A DNA stretch of 64,000 nt from an uncultured Clostridia bacterium (lineage in GTDB: Bacteria > Bacillota > Clostridia > TANB77 > CAG-508), in assembly GCA_944392805.1 (NCBI GenBank), contig CALXXZ010000008.1:6173-70172 (forward strand). Reading direction: 5' to 3'. Positions 57,889 through 64,000 of the stretch are shown piece by piece. Below the pieces are notes generated by a model that saw only the letters and a list, made by a program, of their open reading frames with translations, was not told the origin of the DNA and did no database searches. Position numbers and translations under genes: made by a program. Each line of letters starts with the position of its first letter. The stretch's first letter is position 1.

Positions 57889-58407
57889 ATGCAAAGCTCT
57901 ACTTCAACAATAATTGCATTAGTAGTAGCAGCAATATTCTTATTTGTAGTTCCACTAGTAACATTAACAGAAAGAAATGATAATGTAGTACAAGAAAATG
58001 TTAAATTAATAGTAGAAGAATTTGTTACTGATATTAAAAATACAGGAAAATTAACAAATGCAAAAGTACAAAACTTTGAAAATAGGTTAGCAGCTACAGG
58101 AAATACATATAATATAGAAATGGAATTACAAATATTAGACGAAAACCCTGGAAAGAAAACAACTCAAGCTAATTACAAGAAAATAGGAGAAAATGTATAT
58201 TATTCAGAATATACAACTCAAATTTATGACAAATTAAAAGTAGGAGATATTTCATTAAAAGAGGGTGACTTTATATATGTAGGTGTAACAAATCAAAATA
58301 GTACAGCAGCACAAACATTGAAAAGTTCATTCTTAAGTTTCTCTAATGCTGGAGAACATGTAATTTCAGCCAATAGTTCAGGAATGGTAAATGCAAACGG
58401 AAATTAA
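57889..58407 (+). CDS. hypothetical protein with N-terminal TM segment
   Basis: STIIALVVAAIFLFVVPLVTL. Start placed at the ATG at 57889, 10 nt after GAAAGGA (track GTG at 57880). Confidence 0.5.
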   Translation: MQSSTSTIIALVVAAIFLFVVPLVTLTERNDNVVQENVKLIVEEFVTDIKNTGKLTNAKVQNFENRLAATGNTYNIEMELQILDENPGKKTTQANYKKIGENVYYSEYTTQIYDKLKVGDISLKEGDFIYVGVTNQNSTAAQTLKSSFLSFSNAGEHVISANSSGMVNANGN

Positions 58408-58424
58408 AATGTTAATTTAAATAT

Positions 58425-58514
58425 AAAAAGAATATATAACTATTTCATAGTCAAAACATAGCTATGGTCTTCGTCGGGGGTCTTGACTTTACTCAATAGT
58501 TATATATTCTTTTT
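58425..58514. repeat. nested hairpin element E2 (20-bp stem, conserved GC-rich core); doubles as a terminator
   Basis: AAAAAGAATATATAACTATT ... AATAGTTATATATTCTTTTT plus a T-run. Inner stem AGTCAA/TTGACT encloses GGTCTTCGTCGGGGGTCTT (58466-58484). Confidence 0.85.
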
Positions 58515-58597
58515 TTTTATAAATGAATAAAACACTTGACTTTTTTTTTATAATATGAAAAAATACGAAAAGAAAAACAAGAAAGGAAGTATATTAA

Positions 58598-59062
58598 ATG
58601 GAAAAAATAAGAGGATTTGAAATTGCAAAAGGATTTGAAGATAAAAATATAAACTTACCAGAAAGAAAAACTAAATATTCAGCAGGATATGATGTAGAAT
58701 GTGCAGAAGATGTAATAATACCAAGTTTCAAAAAAGGAATGAAACCAACTTTAGTAAAAACAGGAATAAAAGCATATATGCAAGATAATGAATATCTAAT
58801 GTTAGTAAATAGAAGTTCTAATCCAGGAAAAAAAGGATTAGTATTAGCTAATAGTGTAGGAATAATAGATAAAGATTACTATGGAAATCCAGATAATGAT
58901 GGACACTTTATGTTTGCATTTTATAATACAAAAGATGAAGACATTGAAATCAAAAAAGGTGACTGCATAGGACAAGCAATTTTTATGCCATATTTATTAG
59001 CAGATGGAGATAAAGCAAACGGAGAAAGGACAGGCGGTTTCGGCTCTACAAGTAAAAAATAA
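58598..59062 (+). CDS. dut: dUTP diphosphatase
   Basis: AGYDV, GIIDKDYYG and GGFGSTSKK motifs of the trimeric dUTPase family. Confidence 0.85.
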   Translation: MEKIRGFEIAKGFEDKNINLPERKTKYSAGYDVECAEDVIIPSFKKGMKPTLVKTGIKAYMQDNEYLMLVNRSSNPGKKGLVLANSVGIIDKDYYGNPDNDGHFMFAFYNTKDEDIEIKKGDCIGQAIFMPYLLADGDKANGERTGGFGSTSKK

Positions 59063-59082
59063 GAGGAAAAAATAATTAAAAA

Positions 59083-59114
59083 AATGGTAAAAGCTTTGAC
59101 TTTTGCCATTTTTT
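59083..59114 (+). terminator. intrinsic terminator after dut
   Basis: AATGGTAAAAG-loop-CTTTTGCCATT plus TTTT. Confidence 0.65.
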
Positions 59115-59124
59115 GTAGTATAAT
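59096..59124 (+). promoter_or_regulatory. promoter of the carD-like gene (embedded in the terminator's descending arm)
   Basis: TTGACT-N17-TATAAT. Confidence 0.55.
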
Positions 59125-59195
59125 AAAAGAGGTTGGTAAAATATGAGAAATATCTATAACAACCAAAATAATATGGCTGAAAGGAGTTGACTTAC

Positions 59196-59774
59196 ATGTA
59201 TAATGTAGGGGACAAAGTAGTATATCCAATGCATGGCGCAGGGATAATAGATTCAATAGAAGAAAAAGAAGTATTGGGAGAAAAGCAATCATATTATATA
59301 TTGAAAATGCCAGGTGAAGTTAAGGTAATGGTACCAACACAAACAGCGGAACAACATGGAATTAGAAATATAATTGATAAAACAGAAGCAGAAAAAGTAT
59401 TTAATATACTAGAACAAGATGAAACAGAAATGGAAAAAAACTGGAACAAAAGATATAGAGAAAATATGGACAAAATGAAAAGTGGTAACATATATGAAAT
59501 TGCAGATGTGGTAAGAAACTTAAGCTTCAAACAAAAAGAAAAAGGATTATCAACAGGAGAAAAGAAAATGTTACATAATGCAAAACAAATACTAGTAAGC
59601 GAGTTAGTATTAGCAGAACATGCAACACAAGATGAAGTAGAAGAATTAGTAGAAAATAAAATAAACACATCATTTGCAATGTTCAAGACAGAAACAAATT
59701 TAGGAGTATCAACAGAAAGTATAGTAAACAAATTTATACCATTTGAAGGAAATACAGAGTCAAATAATGTATAA
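59196..59774 (+). CDS. carD: CarD/CdnL family transcriptional regulator
   Basis: VGDKVVYPMHGAGIIDSIEEKEVLGE..YYIL. Start at the ATG at 59196, 9 nt after AAAGGAG (track TTG at 59187). Confidence 0.85.
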   Translation: MYNVGDKVVYPMHGAGIIDSIEEKEVLGEKQSYYILKMPGEVKVMVPTQTAEQHGIRNIIDKTEAEKVFNILEQDETEMEKNWNKRYRENMDKMKSGNIYEIADVVRNLSFKQKEKGLSTGEKKMLHNAKQILVSELVLAEHATQDEVEELVENKINTSFAMFKTETNLGVSTESIVNKFIPFEGNTESNNV

Positions 59775-59788
59775 AAAATCGAATATTT

Positions 59789-59828
59789 AAAGAACTATAA
59801 TAAAAATGTAAAATTATAGTTCTTTTTT
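59789..59828 (+). terminator. intrinsic terminator
   Basis: AAAGAACTATAAT-loop-ATTATAGTTCTTT plus a T-run. Confidence 0.75.
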
Positions 59829-59902
59829 CTTTTTAAAAATAAAAATAAGTATTGTAAAATAAAAATAAATATGATAATATGTTACCAAGTAAGGAGGTTG
59901 AA

Positions 59903-60808
59903 ATGATATATACAATAACATTCAATCCTGCACTAGATTACATATCACAAGTAGAAAACTTTGAGATAGGCAAAATAAATAGAACTAAAGCAGAAAAAAT
60001 ATTACCAGGAGGAAAAGGCTTAAATGTATCAACAGTCCTAAAAAATTTAGGACTAGGAAGTACAGCATTAGGATTCATTGCTGGTTTTACAGGAGAAGAA
60101 CTAAAAAGAAAAATTGAAGAACATGGAATAGAAACAGACTTTGTAAAAGTAAAAAATGGAATAACAAGAATAAATGTAAAAATAAGTTCAAATGAAGAAA
60201 CTGCATTAAATGGAAATGGTCCTGAAATATCAGAAGAAGAATTACAACAGTTATTAGAGAAAATCGATAAGATAAAAAAAGGGGATATTGTAATATTAGC
60301 AGGAAATGTACCAAAGTGCATAAAAAATAATATTTATGAAATAATATGCTTAAAACTAGAAAAAAATGGTGTCACATTTATTGTTGATTCAACAAGAGAA
60401 TTATTAATAAATGTATTAAAATATAAACCATTTTTAATAAAACCAAATAAAGAAGAATTGCAAGAAACCTTTAATGTAAAAATTGATACAAATGAGGAAA
60501 TTGTAGAATATGCAAAAAAACTACAAGAGATGGGAGCTCAAAATGTATTAATATCATTAGGTGGAGAAGGAGCAATTTTAATAACAAAAGAAGGAAAACA
60601 ATATTATAAGCAAGCACCAAAAGGACAAGCTGTAAACACAGTAGGTGCAGGCGACTCCATGGTAGCAGGATTTATAGCAGGCTATTTAGAAAGTGGAGAC
60701 TATGAACAAGCTTTAAAAATGGGTATAGCTACTGGAAGTGCAAGTACATTTTCAATGAATTTAGCAACAAAAGAAGAAGTAGAAATACTCTTAAAGAATA
60801 TAAAATAA
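59903..60808 (+). CDS. fruK: 1-phosphofructokinase
   Basis: IYTITFNPALDY N-terminus and PfkB motifs (GAGDSMVAGF). Start at the ATG at 59903 after AAGGAGG (track start 59879). Confidence 0.88.
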   Translation: MIYTITFNPALDYISQVENFEIGKINRTKAEKILPGGKGLNVSTVLKNLGLGSTALGFIAGFTGEELKRKIEEHGIETDFVKVKNGITRINVKISSNEETALNGNGPEISEEELQQLLEKIDKIKKGDIVILAGNVPKCIKNNIYEIICLKLEKNGVTFIVDSTRELLINVLKYKPFLIKPNKEELQETFNVKIDTNEEIVEYAKKLQEMGAQNVLISLGGEGAILITKEGKQYYKQAPKGQAVNTVGAGDSMVAGFIAGYLESGDYEQALKMGIATGSASTFSMNLATKEEVEILLKNIK

Positions 60809-60824
60809 ACGAAGGAGGAAAAAT

Positions 60825-62741
60825 ATGAAAATCACAGATTTGCTTAATGAAAATGCTATCCAATTAAATGGAGTAGCAAGTAGCAAAGAAGAAGTCATCA
60901 GTAAAATGGTAGATTTGATGATGAACAATGGAAACATTACAGACAAAGAAAACTACAAAAATGTAGTAATGCAAAGAGAAGGAGAAGGAACAACAGGAAT
61001 TGGAGAAGGTATAGCAATACCACATGGAAAAGCAGACTCAGTATCAAAACCAGGACTTTCTGCTATGGTAGTACCAGATGGAGTAGAATTTAATTCACTA
61101 GATGGTAAACCAGTAAAACTATTATTTTTAATAGCAGCACCAAACACAAAAGACAATATACACTTAGATGTATTAAGTAGATTATCAACATTATTAATGG
61201 ATACTGAATTTAGAAAAGCATTATTAAATGCAAAAACACCAAAAGAATTTTTAACATGCATAGACAGAGCAGAAAATGTAAAATTAAATGAAAACAAAAA
61301 AAGCAGTGAAGGATATGAAATATTAGCAATAACAGCATGTCCAACAGGAATAGCACATACATATATGGCAGCAGAAGCTTTAGAAAAAATGGGAGAAGAG
61401 TTAGGACATAAAGTAAAAGTAGAAACACATGGACAATCAGGTGTAAAAAATAAATTCACAAAAGAGGAAATAAAAAATGCAAAAGCTGTAATAATTGCAG
61501 CAGATACAAAAGTAGATTTATCAAGATTTGATGGTAAAAAACTTGTAAAAGCAAAAGTAGCAGATGGAATAAACAAACCTAAAGAATTGATAGAACATGT
61601 ATTATCACCAGATGCAAAAGTATATCATAGTTCTGGAGGTTCAAAACAAGAAGATGATGATGTAAAAGAAGGAATAGGAACACAAATATATAAACATTTA
61701 ATGAATGGTGTAACACATATGTTACCATTTGTAGTAGGTGGAGGTATATTAATAGCATTAGCATTCTTATTTGATAATTATGAAATAGACCCATCTAACT
61801 TTGGTATGAATACACCATTAGCAGCATTCTTTAAAACAGTCGGAGGCGCAGCATTTGATGTTATGCTATATATATTAGCAGGATATATAGCAATGAGTAT
61901 AGCAGATAGACCAGGACTAGCAGTTGGATTCGTAGGAGGAATCCTTGCAGTAAAAGGAACGACATTTGCTTCATTAACAGATAGTTCAGTTACATTAGTA
62001 AGCTCAGGATTCTTAGGAGCATTAATAGCAGGTTTTGTTGGTGGATATTTAGTATTACTATTAAAGAAAATATGTAGTTATCTACCAAAGAGTATAGAAG
62101 GTATAAAAACAATACTTCTATATCCTGTATTTGGAATATTACTTATGGGATTATTCATGTTATTAATAAACCCATATGTAGGAGCAATAAACACAGCAAT
62201 AAATGATTATTTAGCATCAATGCAAACAGCAAATAAAATAATATTAGGAGCACTTCTAGGTGGAATGATGGCTGTTGACTTAGGAGGACCAGTAAATAAA
62301 GCAGCATATACATTTGGAACAGGAATGTTAGCATCAGGAAACTTTGAAATAATGGCAGCAGTTATGGCAGGAGGAATGGTACCACCATTAGCAATAGCAT
62401 TTTTAGCAACAGCATTCCCAAGAAAAATACCTAAAAAAGATAAACAAGCAGCATATGTAAATTATATAATGGGATTATCATTTATATCAGAAGGTGCAAT
62501 ACCATTTGCATCAGCTGACCCATTAAGAACAATACCAGCATTTATTGTTGGTTCAGCAGTAACAGGAGCATTATCAATGGCATTTAATTGTACATTAAGA
62601 GCACCACATGGAGGAATATTTGTTTTACCAACAATTGGACATCCTCTAAGATATGTAATTGCAATAGCAGTAGGAGCAATAGTTGCAGCTCTTATTATGG
62701 CAAAACTAAAGAAAAATTTAAAAGAGTATGATAAAGCATAA
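60825..62741 (+). CDS. fruA: PTS fructose transporter subunit IIABC
   Basis: EIIA-2 (GIAIPHG), EIIB (ITACPTGIAHTYMAAEAL) and a multi-TM EIIC domain. Confidence 0.9.
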   Translation: MKITDLLNENAIQLNGVASSKEEVISKMVDLMMNNGNITDKENYKNVVMQREGEGTTGIGEGIAIPHGKADSVSKPGLSAMVVPDGVEFNSLDGKPVKLLFLIAAPNTKDNIHLDVLSRLSTLLMDTEFRKALLNAKTPKEFLTCIDRAENVKLNENKKSSEGYEILAITACPTGIAHTYMAAEALEKMGEELGHKVKVETHGQSGVKNKFTKEEIKNAKAVIIAADTKVDLSRFDGKKLVKAKVADGINKPKELIEHVLSPDAKVYHSSGGSKQEDDDVKEGIGTQIYKHLMNGVTHMLPFVVGGGILIALAFLFDNYEIDPSNFGMNTPLAAFFKTVGGAAFDVMLYILAGYIAMSIADRPGLAVGFVGGILAVKGTTFASLTDSSVTLVSSGFLGALIAGFVGGYLVLLLKKICSYLPKSIEGIKTILLYPVFGILLMGLFMLLINPYVGAINTAINDYLASMQTANKIILGALLGGMMAVDLGGPVNKAAYTFGTGMLASGNFEIMAAVMAGGMVPPLAIAFLATAFPRKIPKKDKQAAYVNYIMGLSFISEGAIPFASADPLRTIPAFIVGSAVTGALSMAFNCTLRAPHGGIFVLPTIGHPLRYVIAIAVGAIVAALIMAKLKKNLKEYDKA

Positions 62742-62753
62742 AGGAGAAGAAAG

Positions 62754-63017
62754 ATGATAAAACAAAATGTTACTTTAAAAAACGAAACAGGATTACATGC
62801 AAGACCAGCATCAGAATTAGTTAAGTTATCAAATAAATTTAAAAGTAATATTGAAATAGCAGTAGGAGACAAAAAAGCTAGTGCAAAGTCAATATTAGGA
62901 ATAATGTCATTAGGAATAAAAGCTAATACTGAAATAGAAATAATTTGTGACGGTGAAGATGAACAAACAGCTATGGAAGAAATTATTGAAGCATTTAACA
63001 ACAATTTTGGAGAATAA
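62754..63017 (+). CDS. ptsH: phosphocarrier protein HPr
   Basis: GLHARPA (His15) and AKSILGIMSLG (Ser46). Confidence 0.9.
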   Translation: MIKQNVTLKNETGLHARPASELVKLSNKFKSNIEIAVGDKKASAKSILGIMSLGIKANTEIEIICDGEDEQTAMEEIIEAFNNNFGE

Positions 63018-63031
63018 TTATTTAGACAATA

Positions 63032-63081
63032 AAAAAGTTGATATATTACTAAAATTCTTAATAGTTATATATCAACTTTTT
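63032..63081 (+). terminator. long AT-rich hairpin between ptsH and ptsI (AAAAGTTGATATATTACTA family)
   Basis: About 20-bp stem with one mismatch, a 10-nt loop and a T-run. The stem is homologous to the E1 inner stem and to the hairpin at 17264. Confidence 0.6.
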
Positions 63082-63112
63082 AATAAGTATTGCAATGATT
63101 GGAGGAAAAATA

Positions 63113-64000
63113 ATGTTAAAAGGAAAAGGTGTATCAACAGGGATTGGATTTGGAAAAATTGTAATCTTAAAAAATGAAGAAAAAATAATTGAAAAGAAAA
63201 CAGTAGAAAATCCAGAAGCCGAGATGCAAAAATTCAAACAAGCATTTAATCAAGTTGTAAAAGAAACTGAGGAAATGGTAGAAAAATTAAGTGGAACAGA
63301 ATTAGATATAATGCAAGCATATTTAATGATTATGCAAGACCCAAGTTTAATATCAGAAACAGAAAATGCAATAACAAATTTAAAATATAGTGCAGAATAT
63401 GCAGTAGAAGTTGGATTTAACAGTGTAATACAAATTTTTGAAAATATGGATGATGAATATATGGCAGCAAGGTCAAGAGATATTGCAGATATCAAAAATA
63501 GAGTATTATCAAAATTATTTAATGAGGAAACAATAAATATAAGTAAATTAGAAGAAAATACAATAATAGTTGCAAAAGAACTAACAACATCAGATACTGC
63601 AAAATTAGACTTTAAAAACGTTTCTGGAATAATAACAGAATTAGGAGGAACAAATTCACATACATCTATAATGGCAAGAACACATGCAATTCCGGCAATC
63701 ACAAAAGTAGAAGAAGCAACAAAGATATTTAGAAATGGAGATTATGTTGCAATAGATGGTTCATTAGGAGAAATTTATTTAAATCCTTCAGAAGAAGAAA
63801 AACAAAAACTATTGAAATTAAAAGAAAAAATGCAAAAAGAGAATCAAGAACTTGAAAAATTTAAAGGATTAGAAACTAAAACAAAAGATGGATATAAAGT
63901 TGAATTGGTTGCAAACATAGGAACACCAGCTGATGTGGAAATAGTATTAAAAAATACAGCAGAAGGAGTAGGTCTACTTAGAAGCGAATTCTTATATATG
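63113..64000 (+). CDS. ptsI: phosphoenolpyruvate-protein phosphotransferase (PTS enzyme I), 3' partial at window edge
   Basis: Not in the ORF track because it has no stop in the window. Reads MLKGKGVSTGIGFGK..., GGTNSHTSIMAR (active-site His), ...GLLRSEFLYM. GGAGG RBS. Confidence 0.88.
   Translation, partial: MLKGKGVSTGIGFGKIVILKNEEKIIEKKTVENPEAEMQKFKQAFNQVVKETEEMVEKLSGTELDIMQAYLMIMQDPSLISETENAITNLKYSAEYAVEVGFNSVIQIFENMDDEYMAARSRDIADIKNRVLSKLFNEETINISKLEENTIIVAKELTTSDTAKLDFKNVSGIITELGGTNSHTSIMARTHAIPAITKVEEATKIFRNGDYVAIDGSLGEIYLNPSEEEKQKLLKLKEKMQKENQELEKFKGLETKTKDGYKVELVANIGTPADVEIVLKNTAEGVGLLRSEFLYM

Noticed and set aside
59143-59190. 15-codon upstream ORF (MRNIYNNQNNMAERS*) in the carD leader, with its stop 5 nt before the carD ATG and overlapping the carD RBS.
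   Set aside because: Short ORFs arise easily in AT-rich leaders, the RBS is weak (AGAGG), and conservation cannot be checked here. The evidence is insufficient to call a leader peptide.
62947-63177. 76-aa ORF spanning the ptsH 3' end, the intergenic hairpin and the ptsI 5' end.
   Set aside because: It is out of frame with two well-supported PTS genes and crosses a terminator-like hairpin. The ORF is spurious.

Overview
Very AT-rich, purine-skewed, almost entirely plus-strand-coded chromosome segment of a low-GC Firmicutes/Clostridia-like bacterium. This placement is inferred from gene content: IreB-RuvX-DUF1292, YlbF, RbgA, sortase, SigA, AdhE and a fructose PTS. Most of the window is housekeeping: rplL end, secG, rnr, adhE, dnaG-rpoD, smc, lepA, rlmB, cysK, four tRNAs, dut, carD and fruK-fruA-ptsH-ptsI. 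The standout is a diversity-generating retroelement (DGR) directly after rplL (379-3578). It comprises a 559-aa target protein with a prepilin-like N-terminus, a C-terminal variable repeat (VR), a template repeat (TR) differing from the VR only at TR adenines, an Avd-like ORF and a DGR-type reverse transcriptase. The cassette looks freshly decayed: the RT lacks its catalytic core and carries a frameshift, and the TR is 51 nt shorter than the VR. Other items worth a second look follow. (1) Two nested hairpin elements (25949-26155 and 58425-58514) share an identical 19-nt GC-rich core and covarying stems, and related empty hairpins serve as terminators elsewhere. (2) An operon (45509-49390) encodes a TadZ/CpaE-like degenerate ParA protein with two AT-hooks and acidic tandem repeats, plus a degenerate GGDEF protein. 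(3) A comFC-KAP NTPase-small membrane protein operon. (4) A glutathionylspermidine-synthase-like / unknown / homospermidine synthase cluster. (5) An MNT-HEPN toxin-antitoxin pair. (6) A disrupted DUF2207 gene. (7) A 5'-truncated surface-protein fragment next to tRNA-Leu. No CRISPR array, transposase, integrase or rRNA was seen. All calls rest on reading the sequence and ORF translations by eye; no database search was run.
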